38,827 bases of DNA from Chiloscyllium plagiosum (Eukaryota), in assembly GCF_004010195.1 (NCBI RefSeq), contig NC_057751.1, positions 14,339,483 through 14,378,309 of the forward strand. Direction: 5' to 3'. Numbering within the stretch: position 1 is the first letter of the stretch; each line of letters begins with the position of its first letter. Below, one piece after another: positions 23,707 to 35,066 of this stretch. The translations under genes were made by a program, and so were the position numbers. The notes beneath the pieces were generated by a model that saw only the letters and a list, made by a program, of their open reading frames with translations, searched no databases and had not been told where the DNA came from.

Positions 23707-23933
23707 GTCGAGAGGGTGTTGCTGGGAAAGCGCAGCAGGTCAGGCAACTTCCGAGGAGCAGGAGAATTGATGTCTCGGGCCAGAGCCCTTCATCACGAAT
23801 AATGATTCCTGAAGAAGGGCTCCAACCCAAAACATCGATTCTCCTGCTCCTCGGATGCCGCCTGACCTGCTGCACTTTCCCAGCAACACCCTCTCGACTC
23901 TGATCTCCAGCATCTGCAGACCGCACTGTCTCC
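23707..23933. mobile_element. Palindromic Penelope-derived pLTR pair (~92-bp arms, 4-nt loop) with two decayed hammerhead motifs
   Basis: 23707-23800 is the reverse complement of 23805-23898. Plus strand: CTGAAGA aggg-ctccaa-ccc AAAACATC. Minus strand: GTGATGA aggg-ctctgg-ccc GAGACATC. Tail tctgatctccagcatctgcagac is shared with 30383-30417 and 36780-36803. Confidence 0.85.
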
Positions 23934-24289
23934 CAGTTGATTTCCCTCGTTGTGGCTGTTGATCTGTTTTTCCTTTTAAAAGGCAATGATGTTTGTCCCT
24001 TTTTCCCTGACAGACTGTTCCCTCTCCTTTCCCATCTCTCCATGCTGCTGCTTACCTGGTCTGTTCAGGCTTTTGCGTTGTCTACCTCTTATTTTGTTTC
24101 GGCCTCTCCAAGTTCCACTGTTTTCTGGAGTTGCCCCCTGAGATCTTCAGGTGGACTGACGTTCCTGTTTTCACAAGATAAACATCTCAGTATGTTGACT
24201 CCCAGTTGCACTCTCTTTCTCTTTGTGTGAGAGACAAATTTAAATATTCCTTTTTTTTGTCAGTAATCAATAGTTTAAAGTTATGAGTT

Positions 24290-24870
24290 CATTGTGTGTG
24301 GGTGTCACTGGCTGGGCCCAGCATTTATTGCCCTGTTCCCCCCCTAACTGCCCCCTTGAGAAGGTGGGGGGGTGAGTTGCCTTCTCGAACCACTGCGGTC
24401 CCATGTGGTGTAGGAACCCCCCCCACACACAGCGCCCTGAGGGAGGGAGTCCCAGGATTCTGACCCAGCGACTGATATATTTCCGAGTTGGGACGGTGAG
24501 GGGCTCGGAGGGGAACTTGCAGGGGGGTGGTGGTGTTCCCATGTACCTGCTGCCCCTTGTCTTCCAAGATGGAAGTGGTCACGGGGTTTGGAAGGTGCTG
24601 TCTGAGGAGCCTGGAGGAGATGCTGCAGTGTGTCTTGTAGATGGTACACACTGCTGTTACTGAGCGTCGGGGGGTGGAGGGAGTGGGGGTTTGTGGGTGT
24701 GGGGACAATCGAGCGGGGGGCTGCTTTGTCCCTGGATGGTGTCGAGCTTCTCGAGTGTTGTTGGAGCTGCCCCCCACACCCATCCAGGGCTAGTGAGGAG
24801 TATTCCCTCACACCCTCCTGACTTGGGCCTTGTCGATGGTGGGGGGGACAGGCTCTGGGGGAACAGGTTA
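24290..24870 (-). mobile_element. Non-LTR retrotransposon (LINE) 3' fragment of a second family
   Basis: Minus ORF remnants (..EYSSLAL.., VTAVCTIYKTHCSISSRLLRQHLPNP). The 3' end ..gggcaataaatgctgggcccagccagtgacaccc matches the tail of the SINE at 28808-29085. Confidence 0.8.
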
Positions 24871-25502
24871 AAGGGTTGCTCAGAGCAGAATGCTTGAGCT
24901 CTGAGCTGCTCACATTATTTGGGCGGTTCCTACAGTGGGATTTGCTAATTCCCAGGATGTTAACTGGAGGATTTAGCACTCATAATACTGTGCAGTTTCA
25001 TGAGGCAGTGATTAGATCCTTTGTCTTTGAATGCCACTTGTGTGGTGTCAACGCTATTTGCTACTTATCAGGTGAAGCCTGGATCACCAAGAGAGCTCAG
25101 TTGTTTATTTATCTCATTGCTATGTGTGGGACATTCCTGTCACCCACGTGTGGACTGCTGTGTCTCGTGTGTTTTTGAAAGGCCCTTGGTCGAATCAGTG
25201 ATGTTCAATATTGGAGACCATTCATCCTCTCAAGCTGTGCTGCCTCTTTGACAGAGTGACCCAATGTATCCCACACCGCTTTCTTTTCCCCATGAGCCCA
25301 GGGTTTCCCTGGAAGAATTTATCCAAGTTTTCTTTGGTTGTTGGAATTGAGTCAGCTTCCAGCCACCCATTCAGGGCAGTGTCTGCGGACCACAGGAACC
25401 TGTGTACTTTTAAAGGAAACTTTCCTTTTCTCCATTTCTATTTCTCAACTCCCCCCACCCCACCCTTCAATCACCTCTCCCCTCTTCCTGATTCCTTTGT
25501 TA

Positions 25503-27030
25503 TAAATCTATTCCATTCTCATCCATATGCCTATCCAATGACCATTTAAATGCCCTGAAAGTTGGCAAGTCTACTACTGGTGCAGACAGTGTGTTCCACA
25601 CTCCTGCTACTCTGAGTAAAGAACCTACCTCTGACATCTGTCCGATATCTATCACCCCTCAATTCAAAGCTCTGTTCCCTTGTGCTAGCCATCAGCATCC
25701 AAGGAAAAAGGCTCTCACTGTCCACCCTATCTAACCCTGTGATTATCTGATACGTCTCAATTAAGTCACCTCTCAACCTTCTTCTCTCTAACAAAAACAG
25801 TCTCAAGTCCCTCAGCCTTTCGTTGTGAGACCATCCTTCCATACCAGACAATATCCTAGTAAATCTCCTCTGCACCCTTTCCAAAGCTTCCACATCCTTC
25901 CTATAATGTGGTGACCAGAACTGCACTGAATACTCCCAAGTGCGGCTGCACCAGAGTTTTATACAGCTGCAGCATGACCTCGTGGTTCTGAAACTTGATC
26001 GCTCTACCAATAAAAGCTAGCACACCATATGCCTTCTTAACAACCCTGTCAACCTGGGTGGCAACTTTCAGGGATCTATGTACATGGGCACCGAGGTCTC
26101 TCTGCTCATCTGCACCACCAAGAATTTTACCATTAGCCCAGTACTCTGCAATCGGGTTAATCCTTCCAAAGTGAATCACCTCACAGTTTCCAGCATTAAA
26201 CTCCATTTGTCATCTCTCAGCCCAGCTCTGCAGCTTATCTATGTCTCTATAACCTACAACATCCTTCATCATATTCACAACTCCACCGACCTTCGTGTCA
26301 TCCGCAAATTTACTAACTCATCCTTCTAGGCTCTCATCCAGGTTATTTATACAAATGACAAACAGCAGTGGACCCAAAACAAATCCTTGCTGTACCCCAC
26401 TGATAACTGAACTCCTGGATGAATATTTCCCATCAACCACCACCCTCTGTCTTCTTTCAGCTAGCCAATTTCTGATCCAAACCACTAAATCACCCTCAAT
26501 CCCATGCCTCCGTATTTTGTGCAATGGCCTACCGTGGGGAACCTTATCAGATGTCTTACAGAAATCCATATACACCACATCAACCATGTTACCCTCATCC
26601 ACCTGTTTGATTACCTTTTCAAATAACTCAATAAGGTTCGTGAGGCACAAACTACCCTTCACAAAACCATGTTGACTATCCCTAATCAACTTATTCCTTT
26701 CTAAATGATTATAAATCATATCTCTCATAACCTTTTCCAACATTTTAGCTACAACTGAAGTAAGGCTCACTGGTCTATAATTTCCAGGGTTGTCCCAGCT
26801 CCCCTTCCCCAGCTCCCCAGTCTTCTGGTATTACTCCTGTCGAAAATGACAACATAAAGATCAAAGCCAAAGGCTCGGTAGTCTCTTCCCTGGCTTCCCA
26901 GAGAATCCAAAGGTAAATCCCACCCAGCCCAAGGGCTTACCTATTTTCACTCTTTCCAGGATTGCTAACACTTCCTCATTGTGAACCTCAACCCTGTTTA
27001 GTCTAGTAGCCTGTATCTCAGTCATAATTC
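25503..27030 (-). mobile_element. CR1 LINE ORF2 fragment including the reverse-transcriptase domain (frameshifted, with stops)
   Basis: SLTSVVAKMLEKV..SQHGFVKGSLCLTNL..VYMDF..DKVPH..GVQQGFVLGPLLF..IN, KFADDTK (~26291-26311), MEFNAGNCEVIHFG, EYSVQFWSPHYRKDV. Confidence 0.97.
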
Positions 27031-27136
27031 TGTACATCTTCATCAAATCTTCTCTTCAAGTGCAGAGAGCAAACCCAGTACCTGCTGTCTGAAGCCCCAT
27101 GTCCTCGCTGCACTTTCCAATCAATCACTGACTTCT

Positions 27137-27287
27137 TCATAGAATCCTGACAGGCCATTTGGCCCGACAAGTACACACTGATCCTCTGAAGACGAACCCA
27201 CCCAGACCCATTCCCCTATCCTATCACTCTACATTTCCCCTGACTAATGCCCCTAACCTGCACATCCCTGAACTCTCTGGGCAATTT
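27137..27287 (-). mobile_element. 3' part of an HE1-like SINE
   Basis: catagaatcc..ggccatttggcccgacaagt..cctaacctgcacatccctg..gggcaattt is the reverse complement of the SINE 3' half. Confidence 0.75.
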
Positions 27288-27819
27288 CGTCTCTGCAGGG
27301 TCAGAAGGCAAACACACAGAAGTAGTGTTGTCCGATGAGACCTCCATTTTCAGGTCCAGCTGTCTGACAAGTGCCAGCGTTGTACAGATGGTGCAGTCAC
27401 GTGAGCATTTCAGCATTTGTGAGCTCTGAGACCAGACTGGGCCTTGAGACACACTTCACACGCTGCACAATGTGCAGGTATCCCAAAGCAGGGCCTTCAA
27501 GGTGACCCACCACAGACAGAGTTCACACGCTGCTGGTCCTGACATCCTGCATTATGTGTACGTCATCTGCTGCCAAGGCAGAAGAGATTGTGTGTACTCT
27601 CACCAGTCACAGGCAATCAGTTCCCTTCATGATGCACACAGCTAATTACATTACATTAATAACCCTTTGGCCTGCCATCCTCCAACTCACCCTTTGTTAT
27701 TGTGCCAGCTGCCACTCTGAGAAATCAGGAAGTTCCAGGTTTAAATCCCCCTTGGGGACTTGAGACCATAAATTCCGGCTCGTCCTCCCAGTCTAGAGCA
27801 GAGAGAAGTGGGGCACTGA

Positions 27820-28440
27820 CAGAACGTGAGAACTCGGGGCAGGAGTAGGCCCCATCCAGCCTGCTCTGCCATTCTGTCCCAAGATGGCTGATCCTTTCAT
27901 GGCCTCAGCTCCGCCGACCCGCCCTCTCCCCGGAACTCTGAATTCCTTTCCCGTTCAAACGTCTGTCTCTCTTTGCCTTAAAAATGTTCAACGAGGAAGC
28001 CTCAACTGCATCACCAGGCAGAGAATTTCACAGATTCACGACCCTCTGAGGGAAGAGATTCCTCCTCAACTCAGTCCTCATTCTGCTCCCCCTCTATTTT
28101 GAGGCTCTATCCCCTGGTTTCACCCACCAGTGGAAATACCCTCCCCATTTCTGTCTTACCTAATCCCTCTGTAATTTGAGATGTCTCTATAACATCTCCC
28201 TTCCCACCCCATTGTTCAAAACTCTAATGGGTACAGTCCTAGACTACTCCCTCTCTCCTCATAAACCAACTCCCCCAACTCCATAATTTTATATGTTTCT
28301 ATAACATCTCCACCCCCTCCACCTCGTTGTTCTAAATTCAAAAGGGTATAGTCCGAGACAACTCACTCTCTCCTCAGAGAGCAACCCTCTCAATGCCAGA
28401 GCCAACCTCCTTGACACCTCGTCCAGTGCCAGTCTCCTCT
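27820..28440 (-). mobile_element. Degenerate CR1-type 3' fragment with an internal ~115-bp duplication
   Basis: gcaggagtaggc..aagatggctgatc..agagaatttcacagattcacgaccctctgagggaagag. The block taattt..tctataacatctcc..ctctctcctc occurs at both ~28170 and ~28284. Confidence 0.8.
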
Positions 28441-28448
28441 TTCTCAAG

Positions 28449-28608
28449 GAAGTTGACTAAGAGAGAGGGACTGGTGAGGCGTCAAATCTCGAGCCCCGTT
28501 CACCTGCTCAGTGGATACGCCATGGCGGAGAGAGAGAGGAGAGCACTCTCCAGTGTCCTGACCAACACTCGGCCCTCGATCAGGCTGTTTGTGGCCTAAA
28601 TAGCCAAG
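28449..28608 (+). other. Candidate spliced exon (160 nt)
   Basis: Polypyrimidine acceptor tctcctctttctcaag| and donor aag|gtgagt. CpG-retaining, with a Kozak GCCATGG at 28519-28525. No frame is open end to end. Confidence 0.3.
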
Positions 28609-28807
28609 GTGAGTATGGCAGTGGACACAGCCACCTTCCGAGCTGTTAACCCTGCTTGGACTTCCGGCCTTCGCACGTTGTGAGTTTTGTGGCGCACTCT
28701 GCACTGCCCCCACCCTGTGTCTGGACCAGGAGGTCAGGGTTTCAAGTCCCTCCTGTCCCTGTGTCATAACAGGTCCCAACAGTTCGGTTTAAAGGTAGCA
28801 GGAGGAA

Positions 28808-29085
28808 AGGTGATGGCCTAGTGATGTTAGCGATGGACTGTTAATCCAGAAACCCAAGTCAGGTTCTGGGGACCTCGGTTCGAATCCCAATTCAGAGTCT
28901 GAAGATGACCATTGGTCGACTATTGGAAGACCCCCATCTGGGTCAGTAATGTCCTTCAGGGAGGGAAACTGCCATCTAGGCCTACATATGACTCCAGACC
29001 CACAGCAATGTGGTTGGCTCTCAGTTGCCCTCTGGGACAATTAAGGATCTGCAGTAAACACTAGCCTGGCCAGTGATACCCTCAC
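28808..29085 (+). mobile_element. tRNA-derived SINE of a second family
   Basis: A box tggcctagtga, B box ggttcgaatccc, body ccccatctgg..gactccagacccacagcaatgtggttg, and a tail shared with the LINE at 24290. Confidence 0.85.
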
Positions 29086-29621
29086 CATCTTCAGTGAAAT
29101 TTGAAAAGTGTGTCCAAGCCTATCACAGAGCGAGAATTGGCTGTCGTGTTTCCGAATGACAGCAGTGGATACCACATACCAGATCAGAATATACCACATC
29201 AGTTCCCAAGGACTTTGAGAAACTCAGTTAACATGTGTACATCGTAATCTAAATGTATTCTCTAGACTCGATGATTCAGCAGCTGAGAGAGGACAGGAAA
29301 ACAGCCTGAGACACCCAGGAATCTCGTGCAGGGAATTAACAAAACTAAAAGCAGCGGTCAGCAATACATTGGCAGCGTGTGACACAATTTTGACCATCAG
29401 ATGGGCAGTGAGGTTGTGCCAACTCTGGACTGTCATACTGCTGGAGCTAACACTGCCAGCAATCTATTATCCCCGCTGTAGGTTGGCTTGATGACATGTT
29501 GATGAAGACATCAGTCAAATGTTCCAATTACTCCCATCTGTCCTGGAGAAAATTCTTCTGAATTAGCCAGCAAATAGAAATATGGCGGTTGTTTGGTCAT
29601 GAGGAGTTATGTGCCCAGTCA

Positions 29622-29875
29622 CTGAGTCAGAAACCAACCCTTCAGTCCAACTTGTCCATGCTGACCAGATATCCTAAATTAGTCTAGTCCCGTCTGCCAA
29701 CACTTGGTCTATGTACCCATCCAGATGCCTTTTAAATACTGTAACTGTACCAGCCTCCACCACTTCCTCTGGCAGCTCATTCCATACATGCACCACCCTC
29801 TGTGTGAAAAAGTTGCCCCTTAGGTCCCTTTTATATCTTTCCCCCCTCACCCTAAACCTATGCCCTCCAGTTCTG
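29622..29875 (-). mobile_element. CR1 3' fragment
   Basis: Reverse complement of 8565-8830 with an internal deletion. Confidence 0.9.
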
Positions 29876-29984
29876 GCCAGTATTGCTTGCTTTTTTTACC
29901 AACTTTGGAATGCACTCCACTCCATCCCAATCTTCGTCTTGTCTCGTTTCAAACCTCAGTCCCTACGTGTGCTATGATCTCGAT

Positions 29985-30417
29985 AAAATGTCCCATTGCT
30001 CCTGATGCAGTCTTCTCTATAAGGGGGAGACTGGACGCCTTCTCACAGAGCGCTTTAGGGAACATCTCTGGGACACCCACACAAACCAACCCCTCCACCC
30101 CATGGCTGAACATTTCAATTCCCCCTCCCACTCTGCCGAGGACATGCAGGTCCTGGGCCTCCTCCACCATCACTCCCTCACCACCCACCTCGGGACCCTT
30201 CAACCCCAGGGCATCAATGTAGAATTGGCCAGTTTCCTCATTTCCCCACCCCCCCACCTTATCCCAGTTCCAACCTCCCAGCTCAGCACCATCCTCATGA
30301 CCTGTCCCACCTGCCCATCTTCCTTCCCACCTATCAGCTCCACCCTCCTTCTGACGTGCTTTTCCAGCAACACACTCTCAACTCTGATCTCCAGCATCTG
30401 CAGACCTCACTGTCTCC
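29985..30417 (+). mobile_element. Penelope-like element 3' fragment (GIY-YIG endonuclease remnant)
   Basis: CS*CSLLYKGETGRLLTERFREHL..HPMAEHFNSPSHSAEDMQVLGL..LGTLQPQGINVE, ending with the pLTR tail shared with 23877-23933. Confidence 0.88.
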
Positions 30418-32451
30418 ATGGGTGGCAAAAGGCCATTCAGCCTCAAGAGCATGTTGTTGGACTATTCCCACTCACTGCAATGACCCTGAGCCCTACCTCC
30501 AGCCTGTCACTGACCCAAGTGCCGCCACACCCAAACCCTAACTCTGACTCACCCTGAGCCCTGGGCTACCCCATCCAGGATCAGAGGAGGGCTGAGGCAT
30601 CTCAATAACAGGCATGCAAAAAGGGCATGTCATCATTGGTCTAAGTCTCCAAATGCACACACCAAGTTCAAAAGGGGCGAGAGAAACCTTCAGAATTTAG
30701 GGGGAAGACACAAGGTGTGAGCTAACATTGGATAAATCTCCCCAGGAACAGGAGGGTGTGGAACATGGCTTGGGCTGGTGTTAAATTTCACTCCATGATG
30801 ACAAAAGCCTGTGGACAGAATGATGGTTCTGTGCTCTCGGCTAGACAGTTTGTGCGGTCCTATTGTTCACACGAAGCAATCAGCTGGGCTGACCTGCCTC
30901 TAGCTTCCTCACTTACACATTGTATTTCAGTCATTGCATGGACCGTGGGAAGTGTGTCGTTTATCTTGGCTTTACTGATCTGGAACTTGCTGCCAGATTA
31001 AATTCACTTCAGCTCAAATGGCCGTTGCAGCAATTGCTGTCATAAAGAATCAGTGCATCTCACACGAGTGGAGATTGGGGAAAGGAAAAGCAAAATGCAT
31101 TAATGGGCGCTCTCACTGATGGCAGATGGAAATGGATCTTGTTTGGAAGATTTCTGAAATGAGAGGTTGTTTGTCGCCCAGTATGTTTTCTGATTCAGTG
31201 TTCAAGATTAGTATATTCCTGAAATATATCTGTCAGAAGGGCAGCACCGTGCTTCTTGCAGAGGAAGAGGTGTTGTTGCGCTCTGACCAAACCCAAGGGT
31301 GGCAGGAGGTGCGAAGTTGATACAATTCGCAGGGGTAGAGCAAGAATTCTGACCCAACCCCAGCATCATGCCATTGGGTGAAAAGATGGTGAAAGATGTT
31401 ACAGATACCCTGCAAAGAGACAAGACATACACGGGAGTATGGACCTGAAGGAGGACTTCACAATTTCCCATTGGTGTAAAAGGCAGCAGACTCACCTTGG
31501 GAGCTCCAGACAGAATCTACTGGCTTTTTTTTTGGGATCTGATTATCCCTTGCGCTGAACTCGTCAGAAATGAGGAATATCGGATGAATGCCTAATTTTA
31601 GCATTTGCCACCTGGTTCTATTTTGGGCCAGCAGCATGAAATTGAAGGGGGTCAGAGTCCTGCCGGACTGTAGACCCAGCTTGTTTGTCGTGGTGCAGTG
31701 GTTCAAGTCCCACCTACTGCAAAGGGGTGTCATCACATGTTGAATTTGAAGGAAGGGTTAGGTCAGCTGAAATTTTGAGACAGTTGTAGCAGTGTCTGTG
31801 TGTCTGCAGTGAGTCAACTTTGATCCTCTCCAAGGCACTGGGTTGCATTCCATTGTTAAACTGCTGTTCGTTGACTGTTGACCTGGAAGGTGAAAGGGAG
31901 TGAGTCCAACAATTGGGCCCCCTGCAGCCTGTATCCAGGGAGAAAACCAAAGCTGTTCCACCTTGTCATGGGGAAGCCATTTTTGAGACCAGGCCCTAGG
32001 CCTCCTGACAAGTTAGTAAGTATTGCAGACAGAAGCAGTTCTGTCAGAGAGACAGGGCTGGTTCATGTTGTGAGCTAGACGTAGGAGAAAGATGGGTCTC
32101 TACTTGAAGCCTTGTAAAGACTAGTCGCAACATCTCTAGGGGAAGAAAGTACTTCAAGCAACCTTCACTCTGGGTGGGGAATGGGAGAGACTCTCTGAGA
32201 ATTGAGCCAAGTGCCAGGAGATGGTCTTGAAACAGCAGTTCTGGGGAAAGTACAATGCAGAATCAGGGTAAAATGAGAAGGTTGCGCTCTGTCACTACAG
32301 GTAAATGAGGCCGACAAAACGAGGTGTTTACTTGTTAGTCAAAGTTCGAAAAGTGAAATGTTGTGTTATGCTTTCAGCTCGCAATTTGAGGTTCAAATTT
32401 GAGAAGAGACATTCTTGCTCTCTTTAGAGATCAGAGCTCTCTCTCTGTCAG

Positions 32452-32601
32452 GGAATGAGATATCAGTAAGTGGATTTGGGGCGGGATTGGGGCTGATGAG
32501 CCACTCACAGATGAGTCCTTCAGGAATTGATGCTTTTAATTTTTCGGAAGTGTGTTCCTTTGAACAACATGGTTGGAAAGTTCTATTGAAAGGCATTACA
32601 G
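32452..32601 (+). other. Candidate phase-1/phase-1 exon (150 nt, open frame GNEISVSGFGAG..GWKVLLKGIT)
   Basis: Acceptor ctctctctctgtcag| and consensus donor cag|gtaagt. Only the phase-1 frame is open. Alternative in-frame acceptors at 32427 and 32523. Peptide not recognised. Confidence 0.3.
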
Positions 32602-33225
32602 GTAAGTGAAAATGCTCAGGTACCTTTCCCGAAATCCAGCATACTGTTGCAATTACCTTGACACTGGGCAATCGGAATTCTCGTATTTTGTAGTCAGTGT
32701 CTCGAAAGAATTAAGATTGTCTCCTGAAAGTACATGCAACAGGGTTCTGTGGTGACCCAGGTTTCTCACGAAACCCAAATTATTCATGTAATAATGGCCA
32801 ATAGCTCAATGTGGAATTTGCCTCCTTGGTTCAAAGGGCATAAATACATGATCTCAATCTTCAGTGGGTTCAAATCAAGAGGACCTGTGTAGCTTTCTCG
32901 AACAGGCAGCTTGAGTCAATACACTGCACACCCATGTTCTGAAAGTTGGGTTGAATGTTGGGCTCATCTGCTCATGCAAACTTTTCACCCAGTTAGGTCC
33001 TGGAATTCTGGGGAACTGGGACTCTACAATTCCACACCCAAGAAGTTGCAGGTGCCCCAGAAACAGAATTTACCCCTAAACTTGGTAAAAGTAACAAGAG
33101 GAAACAGGCAGCTGCTGGCGTAGGAAAGCAGGAGGTGAATTTGTAGGAAGACAGACGTTCGGATCAGATTGCTGGAGGAAGTGTGCAGTGCACGCATGAA
33201 ACATTTGGAAGGTAAGGTACAGCAA

Positions 33226-33940
33226 TGAAACAAAGATCGGTACAGCACAGGAACAGGCCCTTCGGCCTTCCAAGCCTGCGCCAATGCATTTTGCCCTTCC
33301 GTACTAAAGCTGTCTTCCCGACATGATCCGTATCCCTCTATTTCATTCCTATCCATGTATTCATCCAGGTGTTTCTTGAATGCTGCTATTGTGCCAGCTT
33401 CCACCACCACCTCTGGCAGTGTGTTCCAGACACTCACCTCACACACCTCAGAACTTGCCTCACACATCTCTTTCTAAACTCCAGCCCCAACAATACCAGA
33501 CCTTAAACCTGTGCCCCCGAGTAACTGACCCTGCACCCTGGGGAAAAGCCTTATAGTTTCCCCTCCATCCATGCCGTTTGCAATCTTATAAACCTCTATC
33601 AGGTCACCCCTTAACCTCCTGCGTTCCAGTAGGAAACAAACCCAGTCTATCCAACCTTTCATCGTTAACATCCCCCATACCAGGCAACATCATGGTAAAC
33701 CTTTTCTGTTCTCTCTCCAAAGCATCCACATCCTTCTGGTAGTGTGGTGACCAGAACTGTACACAATATTCCAAGTGTAGCCTAATTAAAGTTCTATAAA
33801 GCTGCAGCGTAATTTGTCTATCCTTGCACTCAACGCCCCTTCCAATGAAGGTAAGCATGTCATAGGCCTTTTTCACTCTCTTATCTACGGGTGCTGGCAC
33901 CTTCAGTGATCTGTAGACCTGCACACCCAGATCCCCTGGA
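33226..33940 (-). mobile_element. CR1 LINE 3' fragment
   Basis: DLGVQVYRSLKV..LQLYRTLIRLHLEYCVQFWSPHYQKDV..RRLRGDLIEVYKI..VWNTLPEVVVEAG, plus 3' UTR. Confidence 0.95.
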
Positions 33941-34721
33941 TGGTTAGACATATAAAGACTGGTATTAATGGGGAAACATGATGCTGGGACAGGGTTTGCT
34001 GAGTCTTTTCATCATCGGTCAGGTAATGCCTCCTGGTTCTTGGGCCCAACATTCTGAAGCAGAGACTTGGTAAGTCTGGGTGGTTTCCAAAAAGAGCTAA
34101 GTTTGCAGTTGCAATGGACAGAGTCCACCTTAATCACTGCATTGTCTGCTATAACTGCCTCCATACCTATTCAATAGGGATGTTGGTTTAAGGGTACGCA
34201 CCCTCTTGAGTGACAGCATAATGTGGAGACAGATACATTACCGCCTGGAAAAATGACAGGATGATTCAGTCTCCAACTGCAATGAGTGACATGGCTGTGC
34301 AGAGCTGAATTTATTCCCACTCTGAAGAATTGACGGCAATGTGTAGGTACAAAGGATTTCCCAGTGGTTTTGGATCTGGAAACATCTCAACATGGGTCAT
34401 AAAAGCAGGTTATTACAACCTTTATTGGGCAGACTGGGAGTTCATTAAGCAGCCTTTTAACTGCTTGTTCTGACAGCGATTTATCGGTTGTGGAGGGATG
34501 GCAATGTAATACACTGTGTGTGAGGTTGCCAAAGCTTGAAAATGGTTTGTCAATTATATTAATTAACCTTCACTCATGTGGCCGTTTCTCCTTCTTGAGT
34601 GGAACTGGGCACTGACCCTTGGCATGTGAAGTGATCGAGAGAGACCCAGTGTCGTTTGAGAAGCCCCCCTTCATCACAATTAGACATCTAACACAAGAGA
34701 AAAGGAACTTCCAGAAAGCCC

Positions 34722-35066
34722 CATAGAGTCACAGAGGTGTACAGCATGGAAACAGACCCTTCGGTCCAACCCGTCCAGGCTGACCCAGATATCCCAACCC
34801 AATCTAGTCCCACCTGCCAGCACCCGGCCCATCTCCCTCCAAACCCTTCCTATTCATATACCCACCCAGGTGCCTTTTAAATGTTGCAATTGTACCAGCC
34901 TCCACCACTTCCTCTGGCAGCTCATTCCATACACGTACCACCCTCTGGGTGAAAAAGTTGCCCCTCAGGTCCCTTTTATATCTTTTCCTCTCTCACCCTA
35001 AACCTATGCCCCTCTAGTTCTGGACTCCCCCCACCCCAGGGAAAAAACTTTGCCTATTTGTCCTAA
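34722..35066 (-). mobile_element. CR1 3' fragment (young)
   Basis: catagagtcacagaggtgtacagcatggaaacagacccttcgg.. is the reverse complement of 8520-8850. Confidence 0.95.

Noticed and set aside
24056..24165. Minus-strand exon ending at ccag|gtaagc
   Set aside because: All three frames from the best acceptor contain stops, and no partner exon is supported.
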